Part shown: positions 39,829-49,298 of the stretch, piece after piece | Layout of the letters: each line of letters begins with the position of its first letter | How positions within the stretch are numbered: the stretch's first letter is position 1 | Source: Planctomycetota bacterium | Lineage (GTDB): Bacteria; Planctomycetota; JAJSAM01; JAJVHW01 | Length of the DNA stretch: 64,000 nucleotides | Direction of reading: 5' to 3' | Assembly (NCBI GenBank): GCA_965248445.1 | Contig: CBDFJG010000002.1 | Location: 672,001 to 736,000, forward strand | Position numbers and translations under genes: made by a program | The notes under the pieces: model-generated | What the model saw: only the letters and a program-made list of their open reading frames with translations | Databases searched by the model: none | What the model was told of the DNA's origin: nothing

Positions 39829-41613
39829 ATGGCGCTTCTGGTCCTCGACGACATCCACAAGGCGTACCCCGAGCAGGAACTCCTGCGCGGTGTGTCACTC
39901 GTCATCGAGGCCGACACCCGCATCGGCATCGTCGGGCGCAACGGCACGGGGAAGTCCACGTTGATGCGCATATTCGCCGGAGTCGAGGAACCGGACTCGG
40001 GGCAGCGCACGTTGAAGAGCGGTCTGCGGGTGGGACACCTCATCCAGGAGGCACCGGAGTACGCGGGGCGCGTGCGCGATGCGGTGCGAGGAGACGGCCA
40101 CGCGCCCGATCATCGCGTCGAGGAGTTTGTCTCGCGCGTGGGCCTGCCGGACCCGGATGTGCTCGTCTCCACCCTGTCCGGTGGAGAGCGGCGACGGGTG
40201 TCGCTCGCGCGCGTGCTCGTCGAGGCGCCGGATCTGCTGCTCCTCGACGAGCCGACCAATCACCTCGACGCGTTCGTGATCGACTGGCTCGAGGACCATC
40301 TGCTCAAGAGCCGGCTACCTGTCGTGATGGTCACGCACGACCGTTACTTCCTCGATCGCGTCGTGGACCGCGTGATCGAGATCGACCGCGGCGCACTCCA
40401 CTCCTACGACGGCGGCTACGCGGGCTACCTCCGGGGCAAGGCCGCGCGCGCGGAGACCGATCGCAAGGGCGAGGTCGCGCGACAGGGCCTGCTGCGCCGC
40501 GAGACCGACTGGATGCGGCGGGGTCCGCCCGCGCGCAGCACCAAGGCGAAGGCGCGGATCGCGCGCTATCACCACCTGCTCGACGACGCGCCCGAGGCGC
40601 CGCCCGGTGAACTGGCGTTCGCGATCCCGCCGGGACCGCGGCTGGGCACGCGCGTGGTCCGCGCCCGCGACCTCGCCCTGCGCGTCGCCGATCGAACGCT
40701 GGTCGAGGGACTCGACCTCGACGTCGGCCAGGGTGAGCGGCTCGGTATCGTCGGGCCGAACGGCGCGGGCAAGACGACCCTGCTGCGCGCGATCACGGGA
40801 CAGCGCCCTCCGGACGCGGGCACCGTGGACGTCGGCGAGACGGTGCGGCTGGCCGCGATCGACCAGCAGCGCGCGGACCTCGACCCGAAGAAGACGGTCG
40901 TTGAGGAGATCGGCGCTGCCGGCGACCACGTGAAGATCGGCGAGCGCTCGGTTCGACTCGAGAGCTTCCTCGACGGGTTCCTCTTCCCGGGGGACCGAAA
41001 GCATACGCGGGTCGAGCGTCTGTCGGGCGGCGAACGCAATCGCGTGCTGCTCGCGAAGCTCCTCCTAAAGGGCGGCAACGTCCTGGTGCTCGACGAGCCT
41101 ACGAATGACCTCGACCTGCCGACGCTCCGCGCACTCGAGGAAGCACTGATCGCATTCGAGGGGTCGGTCGTGGTCGTCAGCCACGACCGCTGGTTCCTTG
41201 ACCGGGTGGCGACGGAGATCCTGCACCTCGACGGACTCGGACGCGCAACGCGGTACGGCGGCGGCGTCAGTGACCTCCTCGAGCGCTTGTCCGCGGAACG
41301 CAGGGAGAGCGAGACCGCCTCAGCGAGATCGGAGCGCGCCCGCCGCACCACGAAGAAGCCGGAGCCGCGCGCGCGCAGCCGCCGGCTGAGCACATGGGAG
41401 ACGCGAGAGCTCGAGGCCCTCCCCGCGCAGATCGAGACCGCTGACGCGCGTCTCGAGGGCTTGTCCGCGCAACTCGCCGACCCAGCCCTCTACAAGGGCC
41501 CCGCCGCCGAGCGCGAACGCGTGCAGGCAGAACATGGAGTAGCGGCCGCCGAGAACGAACGCCTGTACGCCCGCTGGGAGGAGCTCGAAGCCCTCCGCGA
41601 CGCGCGCTCCTGA
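39829..41613 (+). CDS. uup: ABC-F family ATPase (Uup-like)
   Basis: Two ABC domains (GRNGTGKST, GPNGAGKTT, LSGGE, DEPTN), ARSTKAKARI linker, C-terminal coiled coil. Confidence 0.88.
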   Translation: MALLVLDDIHKAYPEQELLRGVSLVIEADTRIGIVGRNGTGKSTLMRIFAGVEEPDSGQRTLKSGLRVGHLIQEAPEYAGRVRDAVRGDGHAPDHRVEEFVSRVGLPDPDVLVSTLSGGERRRVSLARVLVEAPDLLLLDEPTNHLDAFVIDWLEDHLLKSRLPVVMVTHDRYFLDRVVDRVIEIDRGALHSYDGGYAGYLRGKAARAETDRKGEVARQGLLRRETDWMRRGPPARSTKAKARIARYHHLLDDAPEAPPGELAFAIPPGPRLGTRVVRARDLALRVADRTLVEGLDLDVGQGERLGIVGPNGAGKTTLLRAITGQRPPDAGTVDVGETVRLAAIDQQRADLDPKKTVVEEIGAAGDHVKIGERSVRLESFLDGFLFPGDRKHTRVERLSGGERNRVLLAKLLLKGGNVLVLDEPTNDLDLPTLRALEEALIAFEGSVVVVSHDRWFLDRVATEILHLDGLGRATRYGGGVSDLLERLSAERRESETASARSERARRTTKKPEPRARSRRLSTWETRELEALPAQIETADARLEGLSAQLADPALYKGPAAERERVQAEHGVAAAENERLYARWEELEALRDARS

Positions 41614-41721
41614 TCGCCGCCGGCCCAGCACGCCCCCTGCCTCACTCCGTCGCCGCAGTGATGCAAAGTCCTTTGCATTGCAAAGTCAATCGGTCAGAGT
41701 GCCCCCACCAAGGAGGCACGC

Positions 41722-42390
41722 ATGCACCCCGAAATCGCCGGTCGCGACGCCGAGACGCCCCCACCCGAGAGACGCGCGCCCGACGAGCCGCTGTCCTCAA
41801 GTGAACTCGCACGCTCGCTGGCGCGGCCGGACCTGGCGGCGGTGCACGTCCTCGGGTCGCCGGAGCGCATTGCGAGGACGGCGACGGGTGACGGGACACT
41901 CTGGCCGCTGATCGCCTTGCTTTCGGTCGTCAGTCTCGTGATGGCGCTGCCCTACGGCGCGCTCACGACTCCGAACGAATTCTGGAACATCGCGGTGCTG
42001 TTCACGGGCTCGTTGCTGATCTGTGTGCCGTCGCTGCTGGTGTTCCTGCAGTTCCTGGGCAGCAACGGGAGCCTTCTGCGAGACGTGTCGTTCGCGTTCA
42101 TGATCTCGGCCACGGCCGGGTTCTTCACGCTCGGGTTCGCCCCCATCATCTGGTTCATCGATCTCACGACGAACACGGGCGACGGGTCGCTCGTCACGCC
42201 GAGACGACTCTCGGCCTTCTTGCTGGCGTTGTCGCTGGCGCTCGGCATCGTCCAGATGACCCGGTGTCTTCGCTCGAGCTCGGCCCGGGAGCGTCTGGGC
42301 GGGCGCTTCCTGGTCCTGATCTTCGTCTGGATCGGCCTGCTGGTGTTCATCGTGTGGCGGATGGCCGGAGAACTCGGCCTCCGCGGATGA
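41722..42390 (+). CDS. hypothetical 5-TM membrane protein
   Basis: AGGAGG RBS; hydrophobic helices. Confidence 0.7.
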   Translation: MHPEIAGRDAETPPPERRAPDEPLSSSELARSLARPDLAAVHVLGSPERIARTATGDGTLWPLIALLSVVSLVMALPYGALTTPNEFWNIAVLFTGSLLICVPSLLVFLQFLGSNGSLLRDVSFAFMISATAGFFTLGFAPIIWFIDLTTNTGDGSLVTPRRLSAFLLALSLALGIVQMTRCLRSSSARERLGGRFLVLIFVWIGLLVFIVWRMAGELGLRG

Positions 42391-43172
42391 TCAGAGCGCT
42401 CCTGACGATCCTGTGCGCATCGGCGGTCTACGGCTACGCGATCGGCTCGGTCCATAGTCCCCGGATCGCGTCCTGGAGCCTTGCCAAGTTCCCGATGCTG
42501 GTGTTCGTGACGTGCTCCATCTGCGCTCTCGCCTACTTCGCGTTCACGCTGCTCGTGACGCGGGAGCTGACGCTACGGGACGTCACCCGCGTCTCGCTCC
42601 GGACGTTCGCGGACATGTCCGTTCTGCTCGCTGCGCTGGCGCCGGTCTCGTTCTTCTTGGCACTGACTGTCGACCAGCCGACCTCTGCGTCGCTCGAGGA
42701 GTACCCGTTGTTCGTGGGGATCAACGTCATCCTCATCGCGTGCGCCGGCTCGGTGGCGCTGCTACGCCACACGCTGCGGCTTGCGCGTGAGTACGAGCTC
42801 GGCATGCGGAAGTCTGTGCTCGTCGTCACGGCCTGGCTGGCCATCAGCCTGTTCGCCGGTGGCCAGTGTGCCTGGGCAATGCGCCCGTTCTTCGGGGCGC
42901 GGACCGTGCAGATGAAGAGGTTCATGGAGTGGACCGATCCCGACTGGCGCGGCGCCACGAGCTTCTACGAGGCGGTCTGGCATCTTCTCGCGCCCCCCCC
43001 TCCTCCGCGGCGCTGGGCGACGCCGCGAAGTAGTCGGGCATTCGGCTTGTCGGCGAGCCTGGAATCAGCCGCCGCGGCTGTAGCTCGGCTCCTCATCCGC
43101 CGATGGAGAGTTAGTGCTTCCCCGACCGGGAGGCTAGTCATCCCTTTCACCACCACTGATCCGCCGCGCTGA
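42387..43172 (+). CDS. hypothetical membrane protein (possible partner or paralog of the preceding gene)
   Basis: ATGA overlap; GGQCAWAMRPFFG, SFYEAVW; C-terminus uncertain after a C8 run. Confidence 0.7.
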   Translation: MIRALLTILCASAVYGYAIGSVHSPRIASWSLAKFPMLVFVTCSICALAYFAFTLLVTRELTLRDVTRVSLRTFADMSVLLAALAPVSFFLALTVDQPTSASLEEYPLFVGINVILIACAGSVALLRHTLRLAREYELGMRKSVLVVTAWLAISLFAGGQCAWAMRPFFGARTVQMKRFMEWTDPDWRGATSFYEAVWHLLAPPPPPRRWATPRSSRAFGLSASLESAAAAVARLLIRRWRVSASPTGRLVIPFTTTDPPR

Positions 43173-43330
43173 ATGTGCGTGGCGGGCGATGCGGCGAACA
43201 ACAGGGCCTCTCGCAATGCCTCTCGCAATGCGATCGAGGTCACGCCGCCCACACTTGTCTTTCCCGTGCCTGTTGTCTGGGTCAGATCACAAAGCCGCGT
43301 GGCGCATCGTCACGGCGGCGGAGAATATGA

Positions 43331-44626
43331 TTGTCCAGTACACAGATACAGCCGCGGGCTGAGGGCGGGTTCGGCCGCTTCCGGCTCGACTCCGCGCTCA
43401 TGCGCGGCATCCGGGACGCTGGGTTCGACGAGCCCCGTCCCATTCAGAACGAGACCATTCCGGCCTGCCTCGAAGGGCAGGACGTCATGGGACTCGCACA
43501 GACGGGCACCGGTAAGACGGCGGCATTCGCGCTGCCGATCCTGCAACGCCTGATCGAAGAACCGGGCGCGGGACCACTGGTCCTCATCCTGGCCCCCACC
43601 CGCGAACTCGCGCTTCAGATCGACACCGAGATCCGCGCGCTCGCGAAGTTCACGAAGATCAAGACGGTCACCATCTTCGGCGGACGTTCCGCCGTCACGC
43701 AGGTGCAGGCGTTGCGGCGCCGCCCCGAGATCGTGGTCGGGTGCCCCGGTCGAGTGCTCGACCTGCTGCAGCAGCGGAAGCTCGATCTCTCCGAGGTCGA
43801 GACGCTCGTCCTCGATGAGGCGGACCACATGTTCGACATGGGGTTCCTGCCCGACATCAAGCGCATCCTCGCCGCGTTGCCGGACGACCGTCAGAACCTG
43901 CTCTTCTCGGCCACGATGCCGAAGGAGATCAGGTCGCTCGCAGACAGCATCCTCTACCAGCCGCACGTCGTCGAACTCGCGCACTCGCGTCCGGTCGACG
44001 CGATCGAGCACTTCCTCTGCCCCGTCCGCAATGACGACAAGCGAGAGCTCCTCGAGTGCGTGCTCGACCGGGACGACTGCGAGACGGCGATCGTGTTCAC
44101 CCGGACCAAGCACCGGGCGAAGCGCATGGCAGTCCAGCTTCAGAAGCGGGGTCTGCGCGCGATCGGTTTGCAGGGCAACATGTCCCAGCCCCAGCGGGAC
44201 CGCGCCATGGGCGGCTTCCGTGACGGCACGTACGACATCCTCGTGGCCACCGACATTGCTGCACGCGGACTCGACATCGCCGGCGTCTCGTACGTGATCA
44301 ACTTCGATCCGCCGAACACGACCGACGCGTACACCCATCGCATCGGACGCACCGGCCGCTCCGGACTGAGCGGGAGAGCGGTCACCTTCGTGACCAGCGA
44401 GGACGTCGCTTGGATCCGCGACATGGAACGCGCTCTCGGGGAGACGATCGAACGCCGCCCGTTCCCGGGCTTCGCGCCGGAGAACATCGACGCGGCGGCC
44501 GGCCGCCCGAAGTCGACGAGAGGCGGGCCGCAACGGGCATCGCACGGGCAGAGAGGCTCGACCGGTGGCCGGCGTCGCTCGCGTAGGCGCAGCTCGGCCG
44601 GTTCGGTCTCCCGCCGCAGGCGCTGA
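43331..44626 (+). CDS. DEAD-box RNA helicase (RhlE-like)
   Basis: AQTGTGKT, PTRELA, DEAD, SAT, ARGLD, HRIGRTGR; Arg-rich tail. Confidence 0.95.
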   Translation: MSSTQIQPRAEGGFGRFRLDSALMRGIRDAGFDEPRPIQNETIPACLEGQDVMGLAQTGTGKTAAFALPILQRLIEEPGAGPLVLILAPTRELALQIDTEIRALAKFTKIKTVTIFGGRSAVTQVQALRRRPEIVVGCPGRVLDLLQQRKLDLSEVETLVLDEADHMFDMGFLPDIKRILAALPDDRQNLLFSATMPKEIRSLADSILYQPHVVELAHSRPVDAIEHFLCPVRNDDKRELLECVLDRDDCETAIVFTRTKHRAKRMAVQLQKRGLRAIGLQGNMSQPQRDRAMGGFRDGTYDILVATDIAARGLDIAGVSYVINFDPPNTTDAYTHRIGRTGRSGLSGRAVTFVTSEDVAWIRDMERALGETIERRPFPGFAPENIDAAAGRPKSTRGGPQRASHGQRGSTGGRRRSRRRSSAGSVSRRRR

Positions 44627-44708
44627 CACCGCGTCGCAGCCGACACGGCGTCTCATCGGGGGGCTCAGCCAACCGGCCCACGGACGCCGATGAGGGGCTA
44701 CGGCCCCG

Positions 44709-45452
44709 ATGTCCCTCCGCACCTTCAGCCGCCCCGCCACGGAATGCGCCACTCGCCTGCACGACGGCCACCGCGCGTGGCTGATCGGCGCCGGCCTGGC
44801 CGTGCTGGCGCACCTGTTCTGGCTCGGCGGCTACATCACTTGGTTCCTGGGTGCGCTCTGTCACGAGATGGGCCACACGTTCGCCGCGCTCGCGACGGGT
44901 TGCCCCGCGTTCCCGGCGATACGGCTCGACGGTCACGCGGTCACGATGCTGAACGACCAGATACTGCCGCTCGCGCTGTTGATGATCGGCGGTGTCGCGT
45001 GGTGGTGCTGGAACGCGCGGGACAACCGCACACTACTCGTGCTGCGCGCGCTGCTGCTCGTCCCGTTGCTGATCGCGCTCATGTCGAAGAACGCGCGCGA
45101 CATGCTGATCCTGTACGCCGGGCAGGGCGGTGAACTCGCGTTCGCGGGCGTGTTCCTCTGGCGCGCGTACACCGGCGGCTTCACGCAGACGAACGGAGAG
45201 CGCCCGCTGTACGCGATGCTCGGTTGGGTCTTCGTGTTCGAGAACCTGATGCTCGCCGGCGGCCTGATGTTCTCGTCCGCCGCGCGGAACGAGTACCTCG
45301 GAAACGGCTCGTTCGGAGTCCAGAACGACCTGGTCCGGATCGCGAACGATCACCTCGGCACCGGGCTTCCGGGCGCCGCCGTACCGCTGCTGTTTCTCGC
45401 CATCGCGACGCCGCTCGCCGCCTGGAAGCTCGGGCGACTCGCACGCGATTGA
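44709..45452 (+). CDS. membrane protein with HExxH (M50-like zinc metalloprotease)
   Basis: HEMGH inside TM region, YAG, ND motif. Confidence 0.65.
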   Translation: MSLRTFSRPATECATRLHDGHRAWLIGAGLAVLAHLFWLGGYITWFLGALCHEMGHTFAALATGCPAFPAIRLDGHAVTMLNDQILPLALLMIGGVAWWCWNARDNRTLLVLRALLLVPLLIALMSKNARDMLILYAGQGGELAFAGVFLWRAYTGGFTQTNGERPLYAMLGWVFVFENLMLAGGLMFSSAARNEYLGNGSFGVQNDLVRIANDHLGTGLPGAAVPLLFLAIATPLAAWKLGRLARD

Positions 45453-45479
45453 GTAGCCTCCGCCGCGGAGGACCTGCTC

Positions 45480-47021
45480 ATGCGATCGCGTCTGACTCAC
45501 TGGGCGGCCGTGCTGACTGTCGCCGCCGTCACGTCACTGACTCACGCCGACACGCAGCAGTCGGGCGAGATCCCGATGCTGACGCCGACGGCGGGGTTCT
45601 CGGCTACGTCCCTGTTCACCGTCGGTGAGGCCGTCGGCGCCTACCGGCCGCCCGGCATCCTCGACGGGCTGGGAGCGTACGTGCACGACGCGAACACGAT
45701 CCGCGTGCTCGCCAATCACGAGCTGTCCGACGACGACGGATACGCGTACGCGCTCCGAAATGGCACCCAACTCACCGGCGCACGGATCAGCTACTTCGAT
45801 ATCGACCGCCGCACACGGCAGATCTGCGCCGCCGGCCTCGCCTACGGCCGCGTTTACGACCGCAGCGGCAAAGAGGTGACCGCCGCGACGCAGATCAATG
45901 AGGCGAGTCAGACCGGTGACGGCCTGGCCCGCTTCTGCTCCGGCCGCCTCGTGAACGCCGGCGAGCGCGGGTTCGTGGACACCGTGTATTTCGCGGGTGA
46001 AGAGGTCTCCGACTCGTCACACGCACACGGCGGCGGCGAGTGGGCCCTCGATGTCGCGAACGGCGACCTGTGGGCGTGCCCGGAACTCGGACGCGCGAAG
46101 TGGGAGAACGTCGCGCCGCTCGACGCCGGTAGCAGCAAGCACGTCGCTCTGCTGATGTGCGACGACACAGCGGGTGCACCGCTCTTCCTGTGGGTCGGCA
46201 AGAAGTCGAAGAAGGGGAACTTCCTGCAGCGCAACGGGCTCGCCAAGGGCAAGCTGTACGCCTGGATCGCAGACGGGTCGGCGCGCGACGCGGGAGACTT
46301 CAACGGCACAGGCGCGACGCTCGCCGGGTCGTTCGTACGCGTCAAGGCGCGCAACCCGCGTCAGGCGCGCCGTGGCGGGTACGACAACCGCGGATACCTG
46401 GACACCTCCACCCTTCGGCGCGAGGTCGCGAAGCTGCGCGCGTTCGAGTTCGCGCGCCCCGAAGACGTGCACGACAACCCGTTCGACGGCACGCAGGCCG
46501 TGTTCGCGACGACGGGCTCGAGCGACTACCCGGACGACCGGTGGGGCCAGGTGATCCGCGCCGAAGTGGACTTCACCAAGCTGAGGAAGCCGCGTGCGAC
46601 GCTGACGATCCTCTACGACGGCGACGAGTTGCCGGAGCCCGACGAGGGAATCCGAAACCCGGACAACCTGGTCTGGTCCGAGGACGGGTTCATCTACGTG
46701 CAGGAGGACGCGTCGCGGAGCGCGTTCGGGACCGTGTCGGACATCGAGGCATCGGTGTGGGCCCTGGATCCCGTGTTTCGGACCGCAACGCGGATCGCCG
46801 AGATGAACCGGTCCGCCGTACCGTCCGGCCAGACCGACGACGACGCCGGAGAGTTCGGGAACTGGGAGTCGTCCGGCGTGCTCGACGTGACGAGGCTGTT
46901 CGAGACAGTCCCCGGCGAGCGGCTGCTCATGCTCGACGTGCAGGCGCATGGCATCGACCTCGACAGCGCCGACCTCGACCAGGGCGGTCAACTGCTGCTG
47001 CTCTCGATCGGCGCGCCCTGA
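45480..47021 (+). CDS. secreted PhoX/DUF839-like beta-propeller phosphatase
   Basis: Signal peptide; DGLG, NHE, FCSG, GRAKWEN, RPED, PDNL, QED, WESSG, VQAH. Confidence 0.8.
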   Translation: MRSRLTHWAAVLTVAAVTSLTHADTQQSGEIPMLTPTAGFSATSLFTVGEAVGAYRPPGILDGLGAYVHDANTIRVLANHELSDDDGYAYALRNGTQLTGARISYFDIDRRTRQICAAGLAYGRVYDRSGKEVTAATQINEASQTGDGLARFCSGRLVNAGERGFVDTVYFAGEEVSDSSHAHGGGEWALDVANGDLWACPELGRAKWENVAPLDAGSSKHVALLMCDDTAGAPLFLWVGKKSKKGNFLQRNGLAKGKLYAWIADGSARDAGDFNGTGATLAGSFVRVKARNPRQARRGGYDNRGYLDTSTLRREVAKLRAFEFARPEDVHDNPFDGTQAVFATTGSSDYPDDRWGQVIRAEVDFTKLRKPRATLTILYDGDELPEPDEGIRNPDNLVWSEDGFIYVQEDASRSAFGTVSDIEASVWALDPVFRTATRIAEMNRSAVPSGQTDDDAGEFGNWESSGVLDVTRLFETVPGERLLMLDVQAHGIDLDSADLDQGGQLLLLSIGAP

Positions 47022-47076
47022 CGCGGAGGGGAACCCGATAGCCTCTGCTCCGCGTCGAACGTTGGGAGACCACGGC

Positions 47077-48117
47077 ATGCGGACCTCGACCTGGATCAGT
47101 CTTCTCGCCTGCACCGCGCTCGTCAGCGCACTCCCCCTGGCCTCCGCGCAGGAGAAGCCGGCGCCGCTCTGGCCGCAGGAGGGTTACGGGGCGCTTCGCT
47201 CGGCTGCCGCAAAGGCCAAGACGAGCGGGAGCCGCCTGCTGCTCGGCCTCTCCGGCGGCGACCACTGATGACCCTCGTTCAAGTTCGAGAGCGGTTCGCT
47301 CTCGCCCATGCTCGAGGACGCTCGCGTCGTCAAGGCCGCTGAGCCGTACACGCGCCTGTTGATCCGCGTCCCCGAGGCGTACCTGCTGCTGCAGCATTTC
47401 GAGGACGCCACGCGTCCGGGCCTGTTCGTGCTCGATGCGGACGGCAACCCCGTGGACTCGATCTCGTTCACCGGGCTGAGCGGCGAGGACGGCGCGAAGC
47501 AGATCGCCGAGTGGCTCGACGAGACCCGCGAGACGCCTGCGCTCGCAACCATCCGGCTGAAGATCGAAGCCAAGGACATGGACGTGATTGCGGACGCCGT
47601 CGAGGAACTCGAGGGCGTCGAATGGGCCGCGGAGACGGACGAGTCGTTCGACGTGGCCGTCACCGCCGGCACGGCGACACCCACGCACGTGGTCGCAGCC
47701 GTCAAGAAGGCGGGCGGCAGTGCGACCGTCATCGAGCCCGTCGCGGTCACGTTCACAGCGCGACGCAAGGGCGCCGAGTGGAACGCGGGCGACGTCTCCG
47801 CGCTGCCCGGCGTGCAGGCGGTCACGACCGGCGAGCGGCCGGTCGCCTGGTGCGCGCCGTTCTTGCTCGACGGCAAGGCACTCACCGCGGCAGCGCCCGG
47901 GTGGGTGGCCGACGTCGAGGAGACGGTCCATCGCCTGAAGGACTATCCATCGACACCGAGCGGCGCCCGCGTCGCGCGCTACGCGCTCGCGGTGAACGGC
48001 GTCCTGGCGGTGTTCCCCGACATCGCGAAGAGCAGGATCACGGTCGTTGCGCGCCCCGCCGTCACTAAGAAGAGGGTCGCGGACGCCCTCGTCAGCGCCG
48101 GAGTGAAGCCCAGGTAG
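47077..48117 (+). CDS. putative secreted thioredoxin-like selenoprotein (tandem UGA at codons 64-65) with C-terminal HMA-like domains, 346 aa
   Basis: Upstream ORF (signal peptide plus Trx N-terminus) and ORF 47308..48117 are in the same frame, separated only by TGATGA at 47266-71; hairpin downstream. Confidence 0.7.
47272..47317 (+). promoter_or_regulatory. bacterial SECIS-like hairpin
   Basis: CGAGAGCG-GTT-CGCTCTCG (47286-47304) with lower stem CCTCG/CGAGG. Confidence 0.6.
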
Positions 48118-48247
48118 CCACGCTCGTTTGCGAGGGACCTGGATCCCGGCGATGCTCGCTCAGGAGCCCGTGCTCGGGCAGTCGGCGCATCGCCAACGGG
48201 TGGCATTCGCGCCTCGGCCGCCCCCTCGGGCCGGGGAGGGAGTTCGG

Positions 48248-49231
48248 ATGCGTACCTACCAAGCGGCGGCGTTCGCCATCATCGCAGGCTGTGCCGTGCT
48301 GTTCGGCGGAGCCACGGAGACCTCACGCGCCTCGACCGGCGACCTGAGCAAGCAGCAGGTCAAGCAGCTCGAGAAGGAGTTCAACCAGATCGTGAAGCAG
48401 CACAAGCAGTCGGGGAACAACAATTTCAAGGTGTTCAAACAGGGCATCGGGAACATCAACAAGGACGTCAAGTCGGGGACTGCGGATCCGTTCCAGATCT
48501 TCTTCGACACGACGAACGACCTGGACTTCATCTTCGACGGCAGCCTGTCGTCCACGCGCAACGCGATCGCGGGGATCGAGGGCGTGTCGTCGAGCTTCTA
48601 CGCCGCGAACACCGGCGTGCCGGACTCGATCCCCGAACTCAGTGGCGCTCCCGGGAGTCTCATCGACGACGCCGTCGGGAGCCTGAACGCAAACAACGGC
48701 AAGCTGCTCACCAAGATCCGCAAGCTCATCTCGAAGCTCGAGAAGGCTGCGTGCAAGGAGGACATTCCGCCCTTCACCGGACTGCGCGGCATCCCGGAGT
48801 TCCAGGCCCCGCACGTGGAGCGCACCGGCTTCTTCGGCAGCGGCATGACCGAGAACCGCGCGAATATCATCTTCACGACCTCCGGTGGGCAGACCTCGAG
48901 CCGCGTTTTCTCCGTGCTGGGCTACTTCGACTTCGATCCCCTCGACAACGACGAGACGTGGACCGGACTGTTCGATCCGGACGGCACCGAGCTCGACAGG
49001 CAAGAGCTGACGCCGTCGACGAACGGGGTGTTCCGCGGAGGCTTCTCCACAAGCAGTTCCGGGACCAAGAACATCGGGGTGGACATCTTCGATCCCGACG
49101 ACGACAGCCTGATCTTCGCGGACGGCTTCGAGTCCGGGGACACCTCGGCCTGGACCAACGAGCAGGGGCCGATCAGACCCGTTCAGGCTCGATCTCGTCC
49201 TGCCCCGTGTGGGCTGCGCAGACTGGGCTAG
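48248..49231 (+). CDS. secreted hypothetical protein with IFADGFESGDTSAW motif
   Basis: Signal peptide; GGAGG-like RBS; motif near the C-terminus. Confidence 0.7.
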   Translation: MRTYQAAAFAIIAGCAVLFGGATETSRASTGDLSKQQVKQLEKEFNQIVKQHKQSGNNNFKVFKQGIGNINKDVKSGTADPFQIFFDTTNDLDFIFDGSLSSTRNAIAGIEGVSSSFYAANTGVPDSIPELSGAPGSLIDDAVGSLNANNGKLLTKIRKLISKLEKAACKEDIPPFTGLRGIPEFQAPHVERTGFFGSGMTENRANIIFTTSGGQTSSRVFSVLGYFDFDPLDNDETWTGLFDPDGTELDRQELTPSTNGVFRGGFSTSSSGTKNIGVDIFDPDDDSLIFADGFESGDTSAWTNEQGPIRPVQARSRPAPCGLRRLG

Positions 49232-49298
49232 CATTCTTGGACGAGGAAGGGCCTCCGATCCGGGGACGCACGCTGCGTGGGATAGGGAGGATGGACCG

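Noticed and set aside
42993..43000. C8 run as a phase-variable or frameshift site
   Set aside because: It affects only the C-terminal tail after the conserved region. An alternative frame ends sooner, but this cannot be distinguished from a homopolymer error without reads.
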